From positions 192,001 to 256,000 of the forward strand of contig CBDFMQ010000002.1 in assembly GCA_965249725.1 (NCBI GenBank): DNA of 64,000 nt, read 5' to 3'. The notes beneath the pieces were generated by a model. The model saw only the letters and a program-made list of their open reading frames with translations, made no database searches and was not told the DNA's origin. Made by a program: the position numbers and the translations under genes. Position 1 is the stretch's first letter. Each line of letters opens with the position of its first letter. Shown here in pieces: positions 54,685 to 64,000 of this stretch. This DNA is from Longimicrobiales bacterium (lineage in GTDB: Bacteria; Gemmatimonadota; Gemmatimonadetes; Longimicrobiales; Gaopeijiaceae).

Positions 54685-56189
54685 ATGAGCGCTACGCTAC
54701 AGTATCTATCTCGGCAGTTCCCCCCCTCCTTTTTTCAGCCTGCTTCTGCTGTGCCCTCGTGGCGGCCATGCCGGACCCGGGTGCCTCCCAGCTCATTTCG
54801 CTGAAGACCGTGCCTGTGGCGACGGGCGATCAGTTCCTGACGCTCCCCTCGGAAAAGATCGGCATGGGCGGTGTGTCCATCGCCCTCGACGACGCGCTCC
54901 TCGACCCCTTCGTGAACCCCGCAAAGGGCTCTCTCATCGAGGAGTCGGCACTGCTCGGTTCCCCGACGTTCTATGGGGTCTCCAACGGGAATGGTGGGGG
55001 GCAGACTCTTCCCATCGCGGCTCTGTTCCGCTCGGGCCAGGGTTTCGGCGGACTCTCCTTCGCACTCCAGCAGATCGATGGACGAAATACCGGAGGCAAC
55101 TTCTTCCTTCCGGTGGACGCGATCTGGATCGGACCTCAGCCGCGTCTGAGCGAACTCTCGGCTACTAACGTCTACGTCGACGGCTTCGTCGGCTTCGAGT
55201 TGGGCGAGACCGGTCTCTCGTTGGGTGCCGGAGTCTCGTGGGCAGGCCTCGACGCGTTAGACGGCGTGGAGCACCTCTACTCGCTCGCCGACGGCATTGT
55301 CCAGTCGGGCCATGCGGCCGACTACCGTCTGGGTGTGTTCTCCGACCGGGATGGGCGGCAGTTCGAGGCGGTGTTCGTTCACAACCGGTTCGACATGACT
55401 CATGACGTGTCGTACATCGATTGGACATGGGATGAAACGGACCAGATCCCGATTATCACCACCCGCCTGGAGATCAACGAGGACAAGACCAACACGACCG
55501 GCTTTCACCTCGGGTTCGCCCGACCCATCACCGAGAGTGGATGGCGGGTGGGTGGGACGTGGACGGTGAACCGGAAGTCCCATCCCAAGATTCCCAACTA
55601 CGAGATCATGAACATTCCGCGGGCCCCCGGCGTTTCGTGGGCCTACGACTTCGGCGTCGGCATCGCCAAGTCCAGTGGTCCGGCAACGTTCGGCATCGAC
55701 CTGGTCTTCGAGCCGATCTGGAGTGACACGTGGGTGGAGGCCGAAGCCGACACCACCGCTGCCGACGGAGCTACGATCCGAAAGGGCGATAGGACGGTCG
55801 AGAACCAGTTCTTCTTCACGAACGTCCAGATGCGCCTGGGACTGGCTCACGAGACGGAGCGCCTCGGGTTCCAGTTGGGCGTAGAGGTGCGTTCCTACGA
55901 CTATTCGCTCGAGCAGCGTGACAATCTGGAGAATACGGTCCGAGATCAGGACGAAAGCTGGATGGAGTGGACCCCGAGCCTCGGTGCCAGAGTGAAGTTC
56001 CCGGAGTTCGAGCTCGGATACGTAGGCCGGATGACGACGGGATCGGGGCGGCCGGGAGTGCAGTGGGAGGGTCCACGGGCGACCGCGGCGGCCGACGCCG
56101 ACTTCATTGTCGCGCCGAGTGGCCCGTTGACCCTGCAGGACGCCCGCGTGCTCACGCACCAGGTGATGGTGTCGATCCCGATTCGCTGA
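54685..56189 (+). CDS. Outer membrane beta-barrel protein; signal peptide disrupted by frameshift at a C7/T6 tract
   Basis: AGGAG RBS + ATG 54685 is out of frame with ORF 54759..56189; one extra C at 54720-54726 gives MSATLQYLSRQFPPLLFSACFCCALVAAMPDPGAS-QLISLK; GMGGVSIA...NPA motif. Confidence 0.65.
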
Positions 56190-56272
56190 AGATGGGGGGC
56201 GGCCCAGCGGTTCCGTTCGAGCGCTGCCATCCAGCGCTTCCATCCAACGGATCCTTACCGTGGGGCCGCCCC

Positions 56273-57148
56273 TCAGTCCCCGGTACGCAGGCCTTCCTTG
56301 ATGTAGGCGAGCTCCGAGCGCGCCCACTCCGCGTGCTCTCCGTCGGGCCGTCGCTCGAGGTATCGAGCGAGATCGGGAGCCGCTCGGGCGGGGTCTCCGA
56401 GGTGCTTCGAGGAGATTTCATGGATCTGGCGTACGAACCGCGCCTCTTCGTGTCTCTCGAAGTGCACTACCTCTAGTGCTGTCCGCAGAATCTCGATGGC
56501 CTCCTCGGGAAGGTCCATGCGGATCGTGAGATGGGCCAGGCGCGAGTAGGGGAGGGGGCTGCGACGGTCCGTCCGGATAGCCTTTCTGTAGAGCGCGGCT
56601 GCACCCTCGAGGTCTCCTCGCTTCGCCAACGCGTCGGGGTGGGAGTAGTCCGACTTCCGCGGTTGGGCCCACCCACGTCCGAGGCCCAACAAGTTGGCCG
56701 CGTGGTCGGCGCCGGAGCCGAGGACGAGGTACTCCATGGATATCGTGTAGAGGGCCCCCACACCGATCGCCGTGGCGACGGCCGGCACCACCGGAGCGCC
56801 CAACACGCTTGTGAAGAGAAAGATCAGGCCTCCGACCACACCGATTTCCCAGGCCAAGACCGCTAGTCCCCCCATCCCGACCCGATCGGCCGCGGATGCA
56901 ATCACGGGGATCAACCGCTGCCCTAGGTAGAAGAAGAGCCCGAAGCCGCCAGCCCCCAGAGCGCTCCACAACAGCGTGGAGCCCTCGCCGATCGCGGGGG
57001 CGGAGAAGAAGCCCCACGTGAGCCCCGCGAGCAGGATGAAGGGCATCGTGAGGAGGAGTTGAATTCTGCGGCGAGCCTTGTGGGCGGCGGTTTCCGTCCA
57101 GAGGGATCGGAGCGCGAGGCTCTTGAGACGGACCACGACGCCTGCCAT
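56273..57148 (-). CDS. Membrane protein with C-terminal TPR-like helices
   Basis: Four TM segments then GDLEGAAALYRKAI...PEEAIEILRTAL. Confidence 0.65.
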   Translation of the reverse strand: MAGVVVRLKSLALRSLWTETAAHKARRRIQLLLTMPFILLAGLTWGFFSAPAIGEGSTLLWSALGAGGFGLFFYLGQRLIPVIASAADRVGMGGLAVLAWEIGVVGGLIFLFTSVLGAPVVPAVATAIGVGALYTISMEYLVLGSGADHAANLLGLGRGWAQPRKSDYSHPDALAKRGDLEGAAALYRKAIRTDRRSPLPYSRLAHLTIRMDLPEEAIEILRTALEVVHFERHEEARFVRQIHEISSKHLGDPARAAPDLARYLERRPDGEHAEWARSELAYIKEGLRTGD

Positions 57149-57150
57149 TC

Positions 57151-57519
57151 CTATCCGCTCGGCTCCAGCCAGGTGGTTTCCCCCCCGAGATTGATGGCGA
57201 GGTGCTCCCCCTCGCTTCCCGGGGCGGCCCCGTGCCAGTGCTCCTCCCCGGGATCCACAACGACTAGGTCCCCCGGATGGAGCAGGGTTTCGGTGCCGTC
57301 GCGATTCACGACTATGCACGTTCCAGCGAGGCCGTAGAGCAACTGGATATCGTCGTGGCGGTGCCAATTCATGCGCAATCCCCCGCCGAACGCTACTCGG
57401 TAGATCCGTAACGGTAGGTCCTGGTCCCGCCCGAGCAGCGTCTGGACGAAGGCGGGAAGAACGAAGGTGTTCTCGTCCGCACTGTTTCGAGGGAGGCGTG
57501 CGCCGTCGATGGACTTCAT
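57151..57519 (-). CDS. Cupin domain protein
   Basis: WHRH...Q and PGEEHWHGA. Confidence 0.85.
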   Translation of the reverse strand: MKSIDGARLPRNSADENTFVLPAFVQTLLGRDQDLPLRIYRVAFGGGLRMNWHRHDDIQLLYGLAGTCIVVNRDGTETLLHPGDLVVVDPGEEHWHGAAPGSEGEHLAINLGGETTWLEPSG

Positions 57520-57567
57520 GGCTCGGTCGTCTCGGGTTCGGGGTTGAGAACTACCTCGGGTTGAGCA

Positions 57568-57918
57568 CTACCTCTGAATGATGTCGAAGACCAGCCCAAA
57601 CGGGTCTTTGAAGTACACGCCCCCGGAAGCGAGCTGCACCGTGTCACAGCCGGCGGAAGCGAGATGGTCCTTGGCAGCCGCCAGGTCTGGGACGTCGAAC
57701 GAAGGGATGAAGGAAATCAGGTTGTCTTCGTCTCGGTTGACGTAGATGCGCAATGCGCCGCTGTCCACCTCGAGGTAGTCGGCTGACATGGTCACCAGCC
57801 TGAATCCCAGGACATCGACGTAGAAGGCTCTCGCTGCGTCGAGATCCGGGACGTGGATTGCGACCTCAGCGTTCGACTTGAACGTCACATCGGGTGTGCT
57901 CGCTTCATCTTGGTCCAT
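57568..57918 (-). CDS. VOC/glyoxalase family protein
   Basis: VPDLDAARAFYVDVLGF, YFKDPFG. Confidence 0.85.
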   Translation of the reverse strand: MDQDEASTPDVTFKSNAEVAIHVPDLDAARAFYVDVLGFRLVTMSADYLEVDSGALRIYVNRDEDNLISFIPSFDVPDLAAAKDHLASAGCDTVQLASGGVYFKDPFGLVFDIIQR

Positions 57919-57964
57919 GGTGCCTCGGGAGAATCGTCTGAGAGAAAGGTGGCTTCGCTGAGAT

Positions 57965-59317
57965 CTATCTACCGCTGCTCGTCATGACGGCCTCGATTTC
58001 CTCGGCCGTGTAGGGAAGTCCCGCGCTCAGCACCTCGTGTCCATCCTCGGTCACCAGGATCATGTCCTCCAGGTAGAACGCATCCGGCCCGACCGCGAAC
58101 ATGGGCTCGAAGGCGAGGACCGAGCCGGCCTCCAACGTGGGTAGGGCCTCCTCACCGCTCTCCACCCCCACGCCGTGTACACTCCAGATGCCCCGACCGG
58201 CCTCTGAGAGCAGGAAGTCACCCGCTCCGCGTCCCTGGGACGTGCGGAGGTCGGGCGCTAGCTCCTCGATCCTCGCCACCGCGGCGGCTCCCACCTCGGT
58301 TCTGGTGACACCGGCGCGCATAACGCTCATGCCCGCCTTGTAGCCCTCGATCAGGAGGTTCCACGCCTCACGCTGACCGGCGCCGAAAAAGCCGGATACC
58401 GGTATCGTGCGGCCCACGTCGCCCCCGTAGTGACCGTCGGCGCAGCCCACGTCCATCCGGACCAACTCGCCCGCCTGCATGGTGCGGTCGAGGGCCTCGT
58501 AGTCGTAGAAGGCCCGCACCAGCTGTCCGACGTGGGCGTTCGGCCCCGACATGGTCCAGGGCCAGAACGAAGGCCCCTCCGCACCGGCGGCGAGGCATCC
58601 GTTCACCACCGCGGCCTCCGAGTCGCGCTGGGCGATTCCGGGTCTCACGGCCCTCATTCCGGCAAGGAGGGCCGCCGCAGTCATGCGAGCGTTCCTCCGC
58701 AGAATGTCCGATTCGGCGTCAGACTTCACCCAGCGCATCGCAGAGATGGCCGGTCGAGCGGATTCGATCCGGGCCGAGGGAAAGGCCTCCGTCACGGCTG
58801 CCTGCCAAAGGGTGGACGCGCCCGCGACGGGACGGAAGCCCGGTGGGTTGCCCGTCGACTCCGGACGTCGCGAAGCGTCCACATACAGGGTCGTCACGCC
58901 GTCACCCATCCGGCCCTCGATGTAGCCTGCGAGTCCGTCCCACGATCTGACGCTGGTGAACCCATGCTTCTGGGCGGCCTCGGGTGTGGTGGGCAGTACG
59001 AGGCTCTCCACCGGCCGTCCGAAGGAGAGCGGTGCAGAAGACACGAAGAGATGTGCTTCTCTTCTGGGGCCGTCCAAGGCCAACACCGCATCAGGATGAT
59101 TGGCGAGGCCCGTGAAGTAGTAGAACGTCGCGTCCTGGCGGAAGGTGGGCTGATCCTCGTCCTTGGCTCCGGACCGCGCGTGCAGCAGCACGATGCCGTC
59201 CGAGACCGTGTCCATGAGCCGGGCTCGGCGGTCGCGATGCTCGGCCTGAGGAATGCCCTGCGCGCCCAGGGGTCCGGCCAACAACGTGATGCCGAGGAAA
59301 ACGAGACAGACCCTCAC
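57965..59317 (-). CDS. Secreted aminopeptidase P family (M24B) protein
   Basis: FRQDATFYYFTG, MDVG, DVGRT, HGVG, FEP, LED. Confidence 0.85.
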   Translation of the reverse strand: MRVCLVFLGITLLAGPLGAQGIPQAEHRDRRARLMDTVSDGIVLLHARSGAKDEDQPTFRQDATFYYFTGLANHPDAVLALDGPRREAHLFVSSAPLSFGRPVESLVLPTTPEAAQKHGFTSVRSWDGLAGYIEGRMGDGVTTLYVDASRRPESTGNPPGFRPVAGASTLWQAAVTEAFPSARIESARPAISAMRWVKSDAESDILRRNARMTAAALLAGMRAVRPGIAQRDSEAAVVNGCLAAGAEGPSFWPWTMSGPNAHVGQLVRAFYDYEALDRTMQAGELVRMDVGCADGHYGGDVGRTIPVSGFFGAGQREAWNLLIEGYKAGMSVMRAGVTRTEVGAAAVARIEELAPDLRTSQGRGAGDFLLSEAGRGIWSVHGVGVESGEEALPTLEAGSVLAFEPMFAVGPDAFYLEDMILVTEDGHEVLSAGLPYTAEEIEAVMTSSGR

Positions 59318-59522
59318 TCCGACCTCCAGCGTTGGACTCGATCAGGCCGGGACGTGTATGGGGGTCCCGGTGCGCTATGCGTTCCGGGCGGACGAGCAAG
59401 ATGCCGGGAGGCGCGTGAAGACAACCTTTGCCGGAGGCCCGATAGCCGCAAGCGAGGTGTGCGCGCGCTGGGTACAGCTGCCGATCCGGGGTCGGGGCTG
59501 CTGGGACGACGAGATTAGGGCG

Positions 59523-61031
59523 TCAGCGAATCCGAATGCGCGCGAAACCGGTCTCGTCCGAACGGAAGCGGTATGTCTGCACTGAGACGATGTCCCCGCG
59601 AGCGGCATCGGCGAGAACATTCTCGATATCCTGCTCGGAACGGACGCGCACGTCATTCACGTGGGTGATGATGTCATAGTCGGCGAAGATCTTGCCGTAC
59701 GACGGCCCGGCAGGGTAGACCCCAATGACTTCGGGTCCGACGTTCTCGGGGGCGACGTCACCACGAGGTCCGGGCCCACCATCGAACCCCATCAGACAGA
59801 TCCCCAAGGGATGGTTCGAACACGGCAGCTCAACCTCATCCTCATGCCATCCTTCTGCCGAAGTAACGTCGTCGTCGATCTCCTCAGCACCCAGGTGCAC
59901 TGTCAGGTTCTCCACGACGCCCGCTTCCCGATGTACCGTCAGGACCACACTGTCACCCGGTGCCTTGAACCAGACACTCTGTTGGAGTTGGGCGACGGAC
60001 ATCACGCGGTAGCCGTCCACGTCGACGATCACGTCTCCCGGCCGGAGACCAGCTCGGCGCGCCGGACCGTCCTCGTCCCCTATGTCCTGCACGACGACTC
60101 CGCAGATCGTCTCGAGGCCCACGGCGTATGCGTCCTCAGAGGTTGCCCGTGACGTGGCGGCGCCGAGGACACCTCGGGTCACGTGTCCCTGCTGCATGAG
60201 TTGCGACACTACCGGGAGGATCAGCTTGGCCGGAATAGCCAGGGTGTACCCCTGGTAGTATCCGGACCGGCTTGCGATGGCCGAGTTCATTCCGACGATT
60301 TGCCCGTAGAGGTCCACCAGAGGTCCCCCCGAGTTTCCACTGTTCGCTACAGCGTCGGTCTGGATGTACTCCTGCACAGAGCCTCTCGACTTGGGCATGA
60401 GCATGGAGCGGTCGGTCGCGCTCACAATACCTGCGGTGACGCTGAACATCAGCGTGTTGCCCATCGGGTTGCCGATGGCCAGGACCCACTCACCCACTCG
60501 GAGCTGGCCGGAGTCCCCAAGGAACGCGGTCGGCAGGTTCGACTCGTGTATTCGCAGGACAGCGATATCGCTCAGGACGTCTTCACCGACGATCTGTGCT
60601 TCGTACTCGCGGCCGTCGAAGAGGCGCACGAACACGCGTCGTGCGCCATTGATCACATGCTGATTGGTGACGATGTAGCCGTTGGGTAGGATGATGAACC
60701 CTGTGCCCGTGCTTGTGGAGACCCGCGGGCGGGCCCCGGCAAAGGCGCCCCGGAGGCTCAAGGGCATGTTCGATGGCGTGCGGAGGCCTGCGGTCACAGT
60801 CTCGACCCTGATGAAGACGACCGCGGGCCGAACTGCATGTGCCACCGAGGCGAAGGCGTTCCCGAGTTGTAGCGCCGAGGCGGTACCCTCGATCTCGACT
60901 TGCCGCTCATCGCCGCCGGACGACGGTCCGGTCGAGGCCGCCGATACACCGTTGAGAGGGAGGATGGACGCGGCACTCAGCACGAGGGCGAAGCGTCGCC
61001 CGCTGCCTCTCGTAATCTTTGCTCGTCTCAT
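59523..61031 (-). CDS. HtrA/DegP-like serine protease with PDZ domains
   Basis: VTNQHVI, SDIAVL, IQTDAVANSGNSGGP, two PDZ-like regions. Confidence 0.92.
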   Translation of the reverse strand: MRRAKITRGSGRRFALVLSAASILPLNGVSAASTGPSSGGDERQVEIEGTASALQLGNAFASVAHAVRPAVVFIRVETVTAGLRTPSNMPLSLRGAFAGARPRVSTSTGTGFIILPNGYIVTNQHVINGARRVFVRLFDGREYEAQIVGEDVLSDIAVLRIHESNLPTAFLGDSGQLRVGEWVLAIGNPMGNTLMFSVTAGIVSATDRSMLMPKSRGSVQEYIQTDAVANSGNSGGPLVDLYGQIVGMNSAIASRSGYYQGYTLAIPAKLILPVVSQLMQQGHVTRGVLGAATSRATSEDAYAVGLETICGVVVQDIGDEDGPARRAGLRPGDVIVDVDGYRVMSVAQLQQSVWFKAPGDSVVLTVHREAGVVENLTVHLGAEEIDDDVTSAEGWHEDEVELPCSNHPLGICLMGFDGGPGPRGDVAPENVGPEVIGVYPAGPSYGKIFADYDIITHVNDVRVRSEQDIENVLADAARGDIVSVQTYRFRSDETGFARIRIR

Positions 61032-61089
61032 CTCGACCTCCTTGACTGGCCCTGCACTCAGCAAACGGACCTTTCCGTATCAGATTGAA

Positions 61090-61105
61090 TGCAACGGCCG
61101 TGCCA
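61090..61105 (-). promoter_or_regulatory. Sigma54 (-24/-12) promoter
   Basis: Minus strand TGGCACG-GCCG-TTGCA, an exact match to the TGGCACG-N4-TTGCW consensus. Confidence 0.8.
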
Positions 61106-61159
61106 GAGCGTGAATCGAGTAGCCGAAAGGAAAGCGGTGGTGGGATAACCGGCATCCGT

Positions 61160-61194
61160 CGGAAGTGTTTTCCGAAGGCCGGAATTGTTTTCCG
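61160..61194. promoter_or_regulatory. Two palindromic CGGAA-N5-TTCCG boxes (candidate enhancer/UAS)
   Basis: 61160-61174 and 61180-61194, 20 bp apart, upstream of the sigma54 site. Confidence 0.6.
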
Positions 61195-61220
61195 TGACCC
61201 GGAGGAGGGTCACGGCAAGG

Positions 61221-62147
61221 TCAGTCCGAGTCGAAGAGCCCGGCGACGCTCAAGTATCGCTCGCCGCTGTCGCAAAGCATGCAGACGATGTTTTTGTCCC
61301 GGTATTCCGCATTGTGCGAGAGCCGTAGCGCCGCAGACACACTGGCACCGGAGGAGATCCCGACCAGGATCCCCTCCTGGCGGGCCAGCTCACGGCATGT
61401 CTCGAAGGCTTCGTCCTCGGAAACCAACAGGATCTCGTCGATGAGTTCTCGATCGAGGATTCCAGGCATGAATCCCGGTGCAGTGCCCATCATCCGATGC
61501 GGAGCGAATTTGCCCTCGGAAACGAAGGGTGCCTCTTTGGGTTCAACGCCAACGATCTGGAGCTCTGGCTTGAGTGGTTTGAGCGCCTCCGACACCCCGC
61601 AAAGCGTGCCGCCAGTTCCCATCGGCGCCACGAACACATCGACCAGCCCCTCCGTGTCCTCCCAGATCTCCTTGCCTGTGGTTTCGACGTGGGCCTTACG
61701 ATTGTCGGGATTGTCGTGCTGCCCCACGTAGAACGAATCAGGCGTCGCCTCGTGCACCTCCAGGGCCCGGGCCTTGGCTCCCTTCGTGCCGAGCTCCTTC
61801 GGCGTCAGGATCAACTCCGCCCCGAGCGCTTGGAGAACACTACGCCGCTCGACGCTCTGGATCTCGGACATGCACAGGACCACACGGTAGCCTCTCATGC
61901 GCCCGATATAGGCCAGCGCCATACCAGTGTTGCCCGAGGTGGCTTCGACCAGGGTCGTACCGGGGCCGATGTCTCCCCGGGCCTCGGCCTCGCGGATCAT
62001 CCAGAGCACAGGCCGGTCCTTCACCGCGATAGGGTTGAAGAACTCGCATTTTCCGAAGAGGCGTGCGTGGCCGTCCGAATTGATGCGATCGAGAGCGAGT
62101 AGAGGGGTGTCGCCGATCAGGTCGACGACGGAGGATGCGTACTTCAT
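61221..62147 (-). CDS. cysK: Cysteine synthase (O-acetylserine sulfhydrylase)
   Basis: IGDTPL, FNPIAVKDR (PLP Lys), EATSGNTG, GTGGT, GISSGA, DSGERYLS. Confidence 0.85.
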   Translation of the reverse strand: MKYASSVVDLIGDTPLLALDRINSDGHARLFGKCEFFNPIAVKDRPVLWMIREAEARGDIGPGTTLVEATSGNTGMALAYIGRMRGYRVVLCMSEIQSVERRSVLQALGAELILTPKELGTKGAKARALEVHEATPDSFYVGQHDNPDNRKAHVETTGKEIWEDTEGLVDVFVAPMGTGGTLCGVSEALKPLKPELQIVGVEPKEAPFVSEGKFAPHRMMGTAPGFMPGILDRELIDEILLVSEDEAFETCRELARQEGILVGISSGASVSAALRLSHNAEYRDKNIVCMLCDSGERYLSVAGLFDSD

Positions 62148-62184
62148 GGGCGTCGCCCCTTGATGAGCGGGCTATGCACCGTGC

Positions 62185-62904
62185 TCAGCGGCCGAGGGCC
62201 TCATCGATCCAGTCCATGACTCTCACCATGTTCAAGGAGAGGACGTGCCCTTGTGCCTCAACGACTTCGAGGGTGGCGTCGGCCCCGCTGGCCTCGAGGA
62301 ACTCGAGAGTGTTCTGCGACTCTTCGACCCAAGACTCGTTCAGTTCGCCGACCAGGAGAAGGACCGGCTTTCCGGCAAAGCCCTCCAAGTCCGTTCCATC
62401 TCCTTCGTAGCGACCGGGCATCCCGACGAGGGCGCTGAAGCGATCGGGGTGCTCCACGGCGCTGTAGAAGACGCCTCGCCCGCCGTTGGATGTGCCGACG
62501 AGAGCCACCTGGTCCGGGTCGTAGGTGATCTTCCCGTCCATCCAATCGAAGATCGCAGGGATGAGATCGAAGGCCGTCTCTTGTAGCGTGGAGCCGCGTA
62601 CCTGAGGGGCGACGACGTAGTATCCGCGAGTGGGCGGCTCGTCGAGCCAGTACGTGAACACCATGTCCATGACTTCGGTGACGCTTCCGCTCCCCCACGT
62701 GAGCGCGAAGATGACGGGGTGTGGGCCCGGCCCAGCCGATGCGTCGGGACGGACCAGTGCCACATCGATGGATCCACCCCGCCACGGTGCCGGCCACCAC
62801 TCCACCTGGCGCTGGCCTTCGAGGACGCTGGCGAGGTCGGTCGTGTCACCGCCGCACGAGGCGAGCACGAGCGATATGCCACATATGCCGGTAAGAATGC
62901 GCAC
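62185..62904 (-). CDS. Alpha/beta-hydrolase-fold lipoprotein
   Basis: Lipobox LAS-C, GTSNGG nucleophile elbow, C-terminal GH. Confidence 0.7.
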   Translation of the reverse strand: MRILTGICGISLVLASCGGDTTDLASVLEGQRQVEWWPAPWRGGSIDVALVRPDASAGPGPHPVIFALTWGSGSVTEVMDMVFTYWLDEPPTRGYYVVAPQVRGSTLQETAFDLIPAIFDWMDGKITYDPDQVALVGTSNGGRGVFYSAVEHPDRFSALVGMPGRYEGDGTDLEGFAGKPVLLLVGELNESWVEESQNTLEFLEASGADATLEVVEAQGHVLSLNMVRVMDWIDEALGR

Positions 62905-63064
62905 TTCTATGGTCCTATAGCATCGAGAGTTGGAACGCGCCGCCCTGTGGGGCGGAGAATTATGGTAACAAAAGCCCGTGGATCATACGAGTCTACTCGG
63001 TTCAATTACTTCGCGAGCAGTGTGGTTCCCTCTGCGAGCGGGTCGGTTCTCTCGTACTCCAGGT

Positions 63065-64000
63065 CTAGGACTCGTTGGCCGTACGTGCCGCCCCGATGGA
63101 AGACAGGCGGACAAGCTCGCGTTTCCCTCGCAGCTCCACCTCACCCACGGACTCGGCGACGAGCCCTGAAGGCAGGGTCAGGAGGTCGAGAATCTCCTCC
63201 GAGACCAGCAGCCGGGCACCCCGGTCTTTACAGAGCGACACGATGCGCGCCGTGGCGTTCAAGGCGTCACCATGAAAAGCGAGTTCCTTCTTCGCCTCGC
63301 CCACCCATGTCGTGACTACAGCCCCACCGTGCACCGCACCGCGAAGTTCGGGCGTGCAGTCGTAGCGCTCCCGATAGGAGCTGCCACGCTCTTCCAGAGA
63401 CGCGATCATCTCCATGAAACAGCTCACGCACGCAGCATTTCGCACTCCGGGCCCCACGCGCCAACTGATGATGACCTCGTCTCCGGCGTATTGGTACACC
63501 TCCCCATGCCAGGCGAGTATGGCCTCTGACACGTCGGTGAAGAGATCACGGAGCAGCATGCTGTACTTCAGGGCCCCCAACCGCTCCGCGTGGGTAGTCG
63601 ATCCGGCGAGATCAGCGAAGAGGAACACCCGTGATTCTTCCTGCGGGTAGTAGTACTGCCCCGTGAGGAGGCGCGTGATCTCCCCCCGGTTGTGGAGGTG
63701 CCTGATCTGGAGGACCGAGCTCAGGGAGGTGGCCGCCAGGATCGCTACGATCAGGTCACGGGTCGAGTTTCCGCCGTTGACGTAGATGGACGCCGCACTC
63801 GCCAAACCGATGTCCCGGGACAGCGAGAGACTCAGAGCGTTCACGAGAATCAACGAGAGGAGGATGACGGCGGCGTACCCGATGACCCGCGTCAGGTTGA
63901 GCATCAGGAAATTCAGCTTCCGACTCAGCCGGGGGACGAGGAACTCCTCGCCGACACCAAACGAGAAGCCGATCAGGAGTCCGACGCTAGCTCCTCTGAA
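63065..64000 (-). CDS. Membrane-bound class III adenylate/guanylate cyclase (5'-partial)
   Basis: FADLAGST, YAGDEV, GDALNATARI, LRGK; frame stays open to the window end. Confidence 0.9.
   Translation of the reverse strand, partial: FRGASVGLLIGFSFGVGEEFLVPRLSRKLNFLMLNLTRVIGYAAVILLSLILVNALSLSLSRDIGLASAASIYVNGGNSTRDLIVAILAATSLSSVLQIRHLHNRGEITRLLTGQYYYPQEESRVFLFADLAGSTTHAERLGALKYSMLLRDLFTDVSEAILAWHGEVYQYAGDEVIISWRVGPGVRNAACVSCFMEMIASLEERGSSYRERYDCTPELRGAVHGGAVVTTWVGEAKKELAFHGDALNATARIVSLCKDRGARLLVSEEILDLLTLPSGLVAESVGEVELRGKRELVRLSSIGAARTANES

Noticed and set aside
1..64000. tRNA/rRNA genes, IS elements, prophage
   Set aside because: No cloverleaf or rRNA-like segments, transposase, integrase or phage structural genes were recognised by eye.

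Overview
High-GC, gene-dense bacterial chromosome segment. The gene repertoire (four LVIVD-like beta-propeller paralogs, two ADOP-type duplicated ABC permeases, carboxypeptidase-regulatory-domain/TonB proteins) resembles Gemmatimonadota or Acidobacteriota, but this is inference only. The standout is a lower-GC block at about 6.1-11.4 kb. A sigma70-like promoter (TTGACA-N18-TAGAGT) precedes a ~205-nt highly structured non-coding leader with a 26-bp closing stem whose four non-Watson-Crick pairs are all G-U, internal hairpins and a possible pseudoknot. Three overlapping genes follow: a group-II-like reverse-transcriptase-fold polymerase with unusual catalytic motifs (DVADYT, VTG, VGDD), a degenerate ABC-exporter-like membrane protein, and a membrane-anchored two-domain phospholipase-D-family protein. 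A convergent TSP3-like Ca-binding-repeat lipoprotein with its own structured leader closes the block. I do not recognise this combination as a described retron, DGR, group II intron, Abi or DRT system. Two probable selenoproteins, split by the ORF caller at in-frame UGA codons with SECIS-like hairpins, are also present (a CstB-like MBL-rhodanese fusion and a deiodinase-like protein). The window further contains a gamma-glutamylation amine catabolism cluster, an ECF sigma/anti-sigma/TonB-receptor locus, a perfect sigma54 promoter with paired palindromic upstream sites before an HtrA gene, a coding 12-bp VNTR and two homopolymer-associated frameshifts. No rRNA, tRNA, CRISPR array, transposase or integrase was seen.
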